From: Oligoflexia bacterium
GTDB taxonomy: Bacteria > Bdellovibrionota > UBA1018
Direction of reading: 5' to 3'
Assembly (NCBI GenBank): GCA_043732485.1
Contig: JAYTHP010000191.1
Coordinates: 1 to 10,174, forward strand
DNA: 10,174 nt
The notes under the pieces were generated by a model. It worked only from the letters and a program-made list of their open reading frames with translations. It did no database searches and was not told where the DNA came from. Positions 1-7,796 of this stretch are shown here, in pieces; the stretch's first letter is position 1; the number at the start of each line of letters is the position of its first letter. The position numbers were made by a program, and so were the translations under genes.

Positions 1-1
1 G

Positions 2-85
2 GGCGTTTCCTTTCCCCTCATGAAACCCGCACCCGAGATCGCTCAAGGTGCGACCATTGCCATGGGCATCCGCTATTATTTCTGA
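2..85 (+). CDS. 3' end (partial) of a probable outer-membrane beta-barrel protein
   Basis: Frame 2 is open from the window edge and reads GVSFPLMKPAPEIAQGATIAMGIRYYF-TGA. The alternating hydrophobic last strand ending G-I-R-Y-Y-F fits the C-terminal beta-signal of OMPs. Only 27 codons are visible. Confidence 0.55.
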   Translation, partial: GVSFPLMKPAPEIAQGATIAMGIRYYF

Positions 86-256
86 TCATTGACCCCTCCG
101 ACCCCTCGGCCGAGTCCCGTGCTTTTCAGTGCGAAGGTGGCTGCTATGCAAAGGTTGCAAGATCGGCGCAGGCTAAAGGGGTTTTTTTGTGATCAGTATT
201 GGACTTAGGTGAACTTAGCTGGACTTAGCTCAAGGCGGGGAGTTAAACTGCAAGAG

Positions 257-904
257 ATGGGTTGGCATTTTTCAAGGCTTTTCTTGAGTCACAAAAAGCC
301 TTATCGTCTTTTACTGTTCTTAAACCTCGCAAGCCTTGCATGTTTGGGGCATTTATGGCGTTTCGCCCACCGAAGCTTCGATCCGGGCAGCAGAGGATCG
401 CTCCCTTTCCTCCCCGGCGCCGAGGGGGAGCCCTCGTTCACCCCCCCGTTGTTTTCCGGATTGCTGTCACCCCCGACGGAGATCTCGCAGCGATTGCACG
501 CCGGACTAAACCCTTTACCCACCAAAGATGAACTAGCGCTGGTGAATGGCGATCCGGTGACGCTTGTCGATTTCATTGACGCCCGCAACCGCCTCCGGCA
601 AACTGCCTTAACCACGGTCTTTTGGGTGTCTTGCGTGCAGGTTTTACTCAAAAACCAGGCTGAGACTGGAAGACGGGTGTCCGCGGAGCTTTCACCCGTC
701 TTCCAGTCTCAGCCTCAGCAAGGCTTGGATCTGATAGGATTTAAGCTTGCGGCTTATGCCGCCGCAGCGTTGCCCCTCAAGCTCAAGCCGGTAAGCCCCC
801 TCCTTGCCAGTCCCGCCGCCTTGAAAGCATTCCTTGATGGGCTTTTGAGTAAGGCGAGGGTGATAAAAAACTCAGCATTGCTTGCAAAGTTGTTGGTCCT
901 ATGA
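257..904 (+). CDS. Membrane-anchored SurA/PrsA-like chaperone-domain protein without a PPIase domain (start at ATG 257 or GTG 209)
   Basis: It has an N-terminal hydrophobic segment (LLLFLNLASLACLGHLW) and a Pro-rich linker. LALVNGDPVTLVDF resembles the SurA/PrsA N-domain start motif. The C-terminal FLDGLLSKARVIKNSALL resembles the foldase C-terminal helix/strand. It lies directly upstream of a SurA-like gene. Confidence 0.5.
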   Translation: MGWHFSRLFLSHKKPYRLLLFLNLASLACLGHLWRFAHRSFDPGSRGSLPFLPGAEGEPSFTPPLFSGLLSPPTEISQRLHAGLNPLPTKDELALVNGDPVTLVDFIDARNRLRQTALTTVFWVSCVQVLLKNQAETGRRVSAELSPVFQSQPQQGLDLIGFKLAAYAAAALPLKLKPVSPLLASPAALKAFLDGLLSKARVIKNSALLAKLLVL

Positions 905-1019
905 ACATAGTTTTCCCTGGACCCCCTCAAGAAGACCCTGAGACGTCCTATAAATCGCTCCAAGTCAAAAAACGACGAGCGACTACCCCGTCGCTAGAAT
1001 GACTGCTGAATGACTTACG

Positions 1020-2333
1020 ATGAAAAAGTACTTTTTTTTTGATCCCCCTTACTCCTGTCGCCGCTTTTTTGCCTTCGGCTTACTGAGCCTGGCTTGGTCG
1101 GGCTTGCGCGCAACACCGCTTTGGGCGGGGGCTTCTTGGCGGATGGCGGAGGACTCCCTTCCGCAAAAACCGCACTTAGGAGTGACGATTCCTGTCCCCT
1201 TGGGTCATTTACCGTTTTATCCTGAGGCTTTACGGCGCTGTGAGTCTGGCTTGACTGGAACCTTTGCTCCCCAGCGGCAGCAGAGAGGGCTGTCCGCTTG
1301 GGTGACCAAACCCGGGGAAGCCGTCGGCGAGCCAGACCTCGAAAGTGAAACGTTGGACTCGCAGCAGCCACGTCACCTCCTCGATCGCTTGGAAGCGTCA
1401 GTGAACGGCGACCCGATCTTGCGCTCGGACTTCACGAAATTTCGCGAAACTTTAAAACTACGCACGCAATTAGACCCGCTTTTTGCCGGCTCCTCGCTTG
1501 CCGCGCGTGCCCCTGAGCAGCTTAAAGACTCGGAAATTCGCGAGTTTTTGATCGATGAGTTGCTCATGACCCAGCAATTCCCCAAGTCCGATGCTGAGAC
1601 CGAGCAGGCCATTCACATGATTCAAAGCAATAATCGGCTAGACCGGGACACTCTGCTGCAGGCCTTAGCTCGCGAAGGGTATGAGTTTGCAGACTATTTT
1701 GAGTTAATTCGGCGATCGAGCAGTAAAAACGACCTTTTTGATCGGGACATTAGACCGAAAGTCGGTTTACCTGACGATAATGATCTGAAAAACTACTTTA
1801 ACGCCCATTACGCCCGCAAAAATAAGATTCCCCGCGTCTACCGTTTACGCATGATGGTGTTTCCGTTTGCCCAGTTCGCTTCGGCGGCAGCCACCCAGCA
1901 AGCGGCAAGCGAGGCTTACAAGCGGCTTAAGGCTGGAGAAAGTTTTAGTGAGATCGATCCCCACTTAGGCAGTCAACCTGCCGGCGCCACGAAAGAGGAA
2001 CAAGAAGGGGACTTAGGGTTACTGCCGGAAGACCAGATTGCGCCTGAGGTGCAAGAGCAGATTAAGACGCTGCAAATTGGGCAGTTTAGTCCGGTTTTTG
2101 GTGGGCTAGCCCAAGAGCGCTTAGCCATTGTGCAGCTGGTGGACATTCAATCAGGCATGAAAGAGCAGTACGAGCATCTGAAGGAAGAAATGCGCAATCA
2201 GCTGAGCACGATCGAGTTTCAGCACCAGGTGCAATTATGGGTAGAGCGCCAGCGGCAAAAAGCCTTTATTCACCGCGCAGGCGAGACCACCTTAACAGAA
2301 GCCGCCGCGATCCTTGCCCCGCAAAACCCTTAA
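1020..2333 (+). CDS. SurA-family periplasmic chaperone with one parvulin-type PPIase-like domain
   Basis: Signal-peptide-like N-terminus. SurA N-domain motifs LDRLEASVNGDPILRSDF and EFLIDELLMTQ. Parvulin-like segment AYKRLKAGESFSEI...EGDLGLLPEDQIAPEVQEQIKTLQIGQFSPVF. C-terminal WVERQRQKAFI. Confidence 0.85.
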   Translation: MKKYFFFDPPYSCRRFFAFGLLSLAWSGLRATPLWAGASWRMAEDSLPQKPHLGVTIPVPLGHLPFYPEALRRCESGLTGTFAPQRQQRGLSAWVTKPGEAVGEPDLESETLDSQQPRHLLDRLEASVNGDPILRSDFTKFRETLKLRTQLDPLFAGSSLAARAPEQLKDSEIREFLIDELLMTQQFPKSDAETEQAIHMIQSNNRLDRDTLLQALAREGYEFADYFELIRRSSSKNDLFDRDIRPKVGLPDDNDLKNYFNAHYARKNKIPRVYRLRMMVFPFAQFASAAATQQAASEAYKRLKAGESFSEIDPHLGSQPAGATKEEQEGDLGLLPEDQIAPEVQEQIKTLQIGQFSPVFGGLAQERLAIVQLVDIQSGMKEQYEHLKEEMRNQLSTIEFQHQVQLWVERQRQKAFIHRAGETTLTEAAAILAPQNP

Positions 2334-2537
2334 AAAAGGAGGAGGCGAGGGGCTGAAGCGGGACCAAAGAAAGCGCGGTGGGCTGCACTTTCGTGCTTGC
2401 ACTTGAGCGGTACTCATGATTTTTTATCCTGGTGCGCGGATCTTGGTCACGAATGCTAACAAGACCCACCGTCCAACAGACTTCGTCGGAGAGCGCGCCT
2501 TTCAGCGTGCGATCGCTTGAGGTTGTTTTAACACTGC

Positions 2538-2565
2538 TTGACACTGCTTTAATGTCCCTCAGTCT
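2538..2565 (+). promoter_or_regulatory. Possible sigma70-type promoter for the pmm-uvrA unit
   Basis: Perfect TTGACA at 2538-2543, but only a weak -10 candidate (CAGTCT, 2560-2565, 16-bp spacer). An AAGGA RBS-like sequence lies at 2571-2575. Confidence 0.3.
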
Positions 2566-2579
2566 ACCCAAAGGAAAAA

Positions 2580-4073
2580 ATGTTCTGTATGGCCCACTTT
2601 AAAGAATCTATTTTTCGCGCCTACGATATTCGTGGACTAGCAGGTAAGGAGCTTGACGAGTCGCTTGCCACTTGTTTAGGCTTGGCCTTTGGTGCTTGGG
2701 CCCAAGAGCGGCACCCTGGGCATGAGACCCACCCTAAAATTGCGGTAGGCTGGGATTGCAGGCTCACGAGTGATGCCTATGCCACGGCGCTAACGGACGG
2801 ACTGCTTGCAAGCGGCGTGGACGTCGTGCGTTTAGGCGTCTGTCCGACCCCGCTGACCTATTTCAGTCTGTTTCACCTCAAGGTCAGTGGCGCCATCATG
2901 GTCACAGGCTCGCATAATAGTGCCGAATACAACGGCTTTAAACTCTGCTTAGGCCAAGAAACTCTCTACGGCGAGCAGATTCAAGCCTTGCGAGTGAGGA
3001 TGGAGCGTTGTTTTGCCGAGCTCGCCTTGCGCAAAGACCAGCGCCCCACAAACCCTCCCGTCCCCCAGCCTGGCAGCGTCTCCGATTATGCCATCATCCC
3101 GGCCTACCTAGAAGAACTGCTCAGCCAGGCTCCCAAGCTTGAGCGCAAGAAAATTGTCTTAGACGCCGGGAACGGCACCGCCAGCACGGTGGCGCCTCAA
3201 TTTTTTGAGCGGCTGGGTGCCACTGTGATCCCGCTGTTTTGCGAGCTGGACGGTCGCTTCCCCAACCACCATCCCGACCCCACGGTGGATCATAACTTAG
3301 AGTTCCTGATTAAAACAGTACGAGAAGAAAAAGCGGACTTTGGGATTGCCTTTGACGGTGACGCGGATCGCATCGGCGTGGTGGATGAGCAAGGGCGCAT
3401 TATTCGTGGCGACGAGCTGATGATCCTGCTGGCCCGCTCGGTGCTTGCGGAAAACCCTGGTGCGACGATTATTTCGGAGGTGAAATCGAGCTATAAACTC
3501 TACGCCGATATCGCCAAGCGCGGTGGCGTGCCGTTGATGTGGAAAACGGGTCACTCGTTGATTAAGGCGAAGATGAAGGAAACCGGTGCGATTTTGGCAG
3601 GTGAGATGTCGGGGCATATTTTTTTCGCCGACCGTTACTATGGCTATGATGACGCCATTTATGCCGGGCTAAGGGTATATGAGATCGTCTCGCGCGCTGG
3701 CCATCAGCAACCGCTTTCCACGTTGCTAGCCGATTTACCGGTCACGCTTTCCACGCCGGAGCTGCGGATTGATTGTGAGGATGAGAAGAAGTTTCAATTA
3801 GTGGCCGCCACTGAAAAAATCCTCGCCCTGCGCCATCCCGAATTGACGGTGATTGACGGGATTCGTTTAGACTATGCCGACGGCTGGGGCTTGGTACGGG
3901 CGTCAAACACCCAGCCCGCCCTTGTTTTGCGCTTTGAGGCAACAAGCGAGCAGCGGCTGTTTGAGATTCAAGAAGAAATGCTCCAGGCCCTGGCGCAAGC
4001 CACAAGCGAGGTCCTACACCCGGCCTTACACTTTGATTTTCAGCGAGGAAACACCCTGAGTGCCGAAAAATGA
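2580..4073 (+). CDS. Phosphomannomutase/phosphoglucomutase (AlgC/ManB-like alpha-D-phosphohexomutase); alternative start ATG 2589
   Basis: All family motifs are present: IFRAYDIRG, the phosphoserine loop TGSHN, the metal-binding FDGDADR, the sugar-binding GEMSGH and the phosphate-binding RASNTQP. FPNHHPDP is typical of PMM/PGM. Confidence 0.96.
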   Translation: MFCMAHFKESIFRAYDIRGLAGKELDESLATCLGLAFGAWAQERHPGHETHPKIAVGWDCRLTSDAYATALTDGLLASGVDVVRLGVCPTPLTYFSLFHLKVSGAIMVTGSHNSAEYNGFKLCLGQETLYGEQIQALRVRMERCFAELALRKDQRPTNPPVPQPGSVSDYAIIPAYLEELLSQAPKLERKKIVLDAGNGTASTVAPQFFERLGATVIPLFCELDGRFPNHHPDPTVDHNLEFLIKTVREEKADFGIAFDGDADRIGVVDEQGRIIRGDELMILLARSVLAENPGATIISEVKSSYKLYADIAKRGGVPLMWKTGHSLIKAKMKETGAILAGEMSGHIFFADRYYGYDDAIYAGLRVYEIVSRAGHQQPLSTLLADLPVTLSTPELRIDCEDEKKFQLVAATEKILALRHPELTVIDGIRLDYADGWGLVRASNTQPALVLRFEATSEQRLFEIQEEMLQALAQATSEVLHPALHFDFQRGNTLSAEK

Positions 4074-6657
4074 TGGGACGCTCAGCCCGGCAGCGCAAGC
4101 CACTGGGCAGGGCCAACCCCCCGCCATTGTTATTTCCGGCGCTAGAACGCATAACTTAAAGAACATCCGCGCCGTCATCCCGCATTTTTCCTTAACCGTG
4201 ATTACGGGACCTTCAGGCTCGGGTAAGTCTTCGCTGGCCTTTGACACACTTTACGCAGAAGGGCAACGCCGCTACGTTGAGAGCCTCAGTGTGTACGCCA
4301 GACAATTCCTCGATCAACTCTCCAAGCCTGAGGTCGATGAGATCACAGGCCTTTCACCTGCCATTGCCATCCAGCAACAAACGACCTCCTATAATCCCCG
4401 CTCTACGGTAGGCACCGTCACCGAGATTTACGATTACCTGAGGCTGCTGTTTGCCCGGATCGCCGAAGCCTATTGTTTTCGCTGTCAGGAGAAAATTCAA
4501 TCCCAGTCGCCCCAGCAGATGGCGGATCAGATTCTCGCCTTAAGCGCAGGCACGCGGGTGGCGCTGCTGGCCCCCATCGTCCGCGATCGCAAGGGCGAGC
4601 ATCAAAAAGAGCTTGCCACCCTCAGGCAAAAGGGCTTTGTACGGGTGCGGGTAGACGGTGAGACGCTGGACCTGAGCGATCCGATTAGCTTGGATAAGAA
4701 CCGCAGGCACTCTATTGAGGTGTTTGTCGATCGCTTTACGCTGCAAGCCGCCGAACTGCACCCCTTGCAAACCCGGGTCTTACAATCCGTGAGCTTGACT
4801 CTTAAAATGGGCTCAGGCCTGCTGCTGTTGACCACCCAAGCCCCTGCTGCACGCGAAAAAAGTGAGCGCCTGTTCTCTGAGCGCTTCGCCTGCAGTCAGT
4901 GCTCGGTGAGTTATCCTGAGCCCGAGCCTCGTACTTTTTCTTTTAACAGCCCACAAGGCGCTTGCCCCAGTTGCCAGGGCTTAGGCGAAACGCCGCGCCC
5001 GGCCGATCTCCCTGCTTCTGCGCACTTTCAAGCCGAGCGCTGTTCTGCTTGCCAAGGGATGCGCTTAAAAAGCTCAAGCCTCCATTTTTTGATCGCCGAA
5101 AAAAACATCGCTCAGATCTGCGAGCTTTCCATTCAGGACTTACAAAGCTTTTTACTCCAGCTCCAACTCAGCGCCCGGTCGCAAAAAATCGCCGAGCGCA
5201 TTTTAAAAGAAATCGGCGAACGGCTGCATTTTCTGACCGCAGTAGGCGTAGGCTATCTCAGCCTTGCACGCTCCGCCCAAAGTCTCTCAGGCGGTGAATC
5301 CCAGCGCATCAGGCTTGCTACCCAAATTGGCTCATCGCTAGTCGGAGTCATCTATGTGCTTGATGAACCCAGTATCGGGTTGCACCAAAAAGATCATCAA
5401 AAACTGATTACAGCCTTAATCCAACTCAAGGAACTCGGCAATACGGTGGTGGTCGTTGAGCATGACCGAGAAACCATGGAAGCAGCCGACTGGATTTTAG
5501 ATCTCGGTCCTGGCGCAGGCCGGCTGGGAGGTGAGCTGATGGCAATGGGCACGCTGCCTGAGCTGCTCAAGCATCCTGACAGCTTAACTGGCCGCTATCT
5601 CTCAGGGGCGCTCACCTTGCCCGTCCCCGCCAAGCGCCGTAAAGCCAACTTCAAGCACTGCTTAACCATCCATCACGCTGCGGAAAATAACCTAAAAAAT
5701 CTCACCGTCCAGATCCCGCTGGGGCTGTTAGTCGGGATCACCGGGGTGTCAGGCAGTGGCAAAAGCACGCTAATCATGGATACGCTCTATCCCCTGCTTG
5801 CCGCAAGCCTCCTCGGCAGTAAGCTGAATCGCCCGCTTAAGGTGAAAGAAATCAGTGGGATTGAAGCCGTTGATAAGGTGATTGATATTGACCAAAGCTC
5901 GATTGGTCGCACTCCACGCTCCAATCCTGCCACCTTCACCGGGATCTTCACGCTGATCCGCGAGCTGTTTGCCCAGCTTCCTGATTCGCAGATCCGTGGC
6001 TTTACCCCCGGCCGCTACTCCTTTAATGTCAAAGGGGGGCGCTGTGAGGCCTGCGAAGGGGACGGGGTCAAAAAAATTGAAATGCATTTTTTACCGGACG
6101 TCTTTGTCACCTGCGAGGTCTGTCAAGGCCAACGCTTTCACCGCGACACGCTTGAGATCCGCTATAAGGGTAAAAACATTGCCGAGATTCTTCAGATGAG
6201 CTGCGAAGAAGCCTATCCCTTCTTTGATGCTATCCCGATGATCAAAGTGAAATTAAAAATTTTACTCGACGTCGGCTTGGGCTACCTGTCTTTAGGGCAA
6301 AGCTCCGCAACCCTCTCAGGCGGGGAAGCCCAACGCCTGAAACTTGCAAAAGAGCTAGCCCGTCGTAGCACCGGCAAGACCGTGTATATCCTCGATGAAC
6401 CCTCAACAGGCCTACACTTTGAGGACATCAAAAAACTGATTGCCATCCTACAGCTACTCGTCACCCAGGGCAATACGGTGATCATTATTGAGCACAACTT
6501 GGATATCATCAAGGTGGCCGATTATCTGATCGACATGGGACCCACGGGCGGCTCCCAAGGAGGCTACGTGCTGGCAGCGGGAACCCCCGAGGAGATCGTC
6601 GCAGTGAAAAAAAGCGACACCGGGCGCTTTTTAAAAAGATACCTCACTGACCTTTAA
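4060..6657 (+). CDS. uvrA: Excinuclease ABC subunit A (865 aa, short form lacking the insertion domain)
   Basis: Motifs seen: GARTHNLKN, Walker [43 protein letters not shown], second Walker [11 protein letters not shown]-terminal zinc finger CEACEGDG...CEVCQG, and [15 protein letters not shown]. The GTG start has GAGGA at 4045-4049 and overlaps the pmm gene end by 14 bp. Confidence 0.98.
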   Translation: MPKNDGTLSPAAQATGQGQPPAIVISGARTHNLKNIRAVIPHFSLTVITGPSGSGKSSLAFDTLYAEGQRRYVESLSVYARQFLDQLSKPEVDEITGLSPAIAIQQQTTSYNPRSTVGTVTEIYDYLRLLFARIAEAYCFRCQEKIQSQSPQQMADQILALSAGTRVALLAPIVRDRKGEHQKELATLRQKGFVRVRVDGETLDLSDPISLDKNRRHSIEVFVDRFTLQAAELHPLQTRVLQSVSLTLKMGSGLLLLTTQAPAAREKSERLFSERFACSQCSVSYPEPEPRTFSFNSPQGACPSCQGLGETPRPADLPASAHFQAERCSACQGMRLKSSSLHFLIAEKNIAQICELSIQDLQSFLLQLQLSARSQKIAERILKEIGERLHFLTAVGVGYLSLARSAQSLSGGESQRIRLATQIGSSLVGVIYVLDEPSIGLHQKDHQKLITALIQLKELGNTVVVVEHDRETMEAADWILDLGPGAGRLGGELMAMGTLPELLKHPDSLTGRYLSGALTLPVPAKRRKANFKHCLTIHHAAENNLKNLTVQIPLGLLVGITGVSGSGKSTLIMDTLYPLLAASLLGSKLNRPLKVKEISGIEAVDKVIDIDQSSIGRTPRSNPATFTGIFTLIRELFAQLPDSQIRGFTPGRYSFNVKGGRCEACEGDGVKKIEMHFLPDVFVTCEVCQGQRFHRDTLEIRYKGKNIAEILQMSCEEAYPFFDAIPMIKVKLKILLDVGLGYLSLGQSSATLSGGEAQRLKLAKELARRSTGKTVYILDEPSTGLHFEDIKKLIAILQLLVTQGNTVIIIEHNLDIIKVADYLIDMGPTGGSQGGYVLAAGTPEEIVAVKKSDTGRFLKRYLTDL

Positions 6658-6755
6658 CGACCTTGAACAAGCACGCCGTGCGCGGCAGACCAAGCCGTGA
6701 CGTGAAACGCAAGCAGCCTACCTAGGCACTTTCCTGCTTCCTAGCGCAAGAACAA

Positions 6756-6765
6756 CCCCCCCCCC
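6756..6765. repeat. C10 homopolymer tract
   Basis: Ten consecutive C in the intergenic region after uvrA. Confidence 0.9.
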
Positions 6766-7086
6766 TAAAAACAAGGCAAGACACCCATCTCCACCCTCCC
6801 ACCTTACCCGTCTCCTTGCGGTTTACTCGCTCCAGGTAAGCCACCCTCTAATGACGGTCGTGATCGCTTCTGGGCCAACTTAAAACCCACCTGTGAGCGG
6901 GGGGGCCAGACCGCCCGGGTGATTTGACGCAGCAGGCCCTCCCTCACTGCCAGACGATAGGACTGCGACAAGGCGACTTGCGCTTGACCCCAAAAATGAC
7001 TCTACCTAGGACCAAATACTGAAAAAAAAATGAACCCACGCTTCAAAAAAAGCCGCTTCACCTAGGTTAAACCAGTGGATCATCAC

Positions 7087-7098
7087 GGGGGGGGGGGG
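7087..7098. repeat. G12 homopolymer tract
   Basis: Twelve consecutive G ending 122 bp upstream of the ATG at 7221. Confidence 0.9.
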
Positions 7099-7220
7099 TA
7101 GAAAAGCCTTCGCCTGGGGTAGAGCCTGCCGAAGAGGCAAGCCAATGAGGAGCATTTTCCGATCTTTTCTAAAGATCTGTTGATTTTGAGAGAGATCTAG
7201 ATTAAACAGTTTCCCACAAC

Positions 7221-7796
7221 ATGAATACTATTACAAATCAGATCGAAACCACCCACCAGAGGCTGCTCCTGTTAATCTTTGTGAGTTACCTCAGCTTGCT
7301 CGCTTCCAGCTGCTCAAAGGCACCCAAACCAGACCCCAAACTCGACCCCATCATGGATGCAGACAGGACCTTTGTCTTCCCGCCCGGCTTTACCCCCGAT
7401 CCCGGGGAAAAAGGCAAAGAAACGCTCGGGGGAATGAGCACTGATCACGATGGCCTGCGCGACGATCTCAAGCGCTGGATCTATGCTAGGTTTCCTGATG
7501 AACCCAAAAAACGAGGAGCAATGAAACAAATGGCTCTGGCCGAAGAAGCCATTGTCATGCTGGTGGACCAGCCTACGCTCATCAGAAATGTGCGGTTAAT
7601 GGTCTCAAAGGCAACCGTTTGTATGGGTGTCACCTTCAATGATTACAGGTCGGAAGACTACGAGGAGGGAACTCGGCTCACCGCCAAAGTGCTGAACACC
7701 AGAATGCGTACGGAGCGTTACATGAAAAACAATTCGTTCTTTAACAACACTGTCACTCGACTTTATCCAGATGATGCAACGGCCTGTGAGTATTAA
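7221..7796 (+). CDS. Hypothetical lipoprotein (191 aa) with a PDPG..GK.TL.G...D.DG.RDD motif
   Basis: Hydrophobic stretch LLLLIFVSYLSLL is followed by a lipobox-like LASS-C (Cys31, 7311-7313) and a Pro/Lys-rich tether. PDPGEKGKETLGGMSTDHDGLRDDLKRWI contains a degenerate DxDxDG-type loop. Two further Cys could form a disulfide. Confidence 0.8.
   Translation: MNTITNQIETTHQRLLLLIFVSYLSLLASSCSKAPKPDPKLDPIMDADRTFVFPPGFTPDPGEKGKETLGGMSTDHDGLRDDLKRWIYARFPDEPKKRGAMKQMALAEEAIVMLVDQPTLIRNVRLMVSKATVCMGVTFNDYRSEDYEEGTRLTAKVLNTRMRTERYMKNNSFFNNTVTRLYPDDATACEY

Noticed and set aside
2266..2571. 101-aa - strand ORF between the surA-like gene and pmm
   Set aside because: It overlaps the surA-like 3' end and the putative pmm promoter, and has no recognisable motif or RBS.
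262..6512. Many short overlapping or antisense ORFs inside the foldase, pmm and uvrA genes
   Set aside because: These are shadow frames of well-supported genes with no motifs of their own.
6720..7066. Three ACCTAGG copies (6720, 7004, 7060) as operator sites
   Set aside because: The word is short and irregularly spaced, and CCTAG occurs several times elsewhere in the window, so chance cannot be excluded.
6756..7098. C10 and G12 tracts as terminal inverted repeats of a mobile element
   Set aside because: Complementarity does not extend beyond the homopolymers, and there is no target-site duplication or transposase.
6658..7220. tRNA, riboswitch or other known ncRNA in the long intergenic region
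   Set aside because: Only small hairpins were seen (e.g. GGTTTAC/GTAAGCC), with no cloverleaf or family consensus that I recognise. An Rfam search would be needed.
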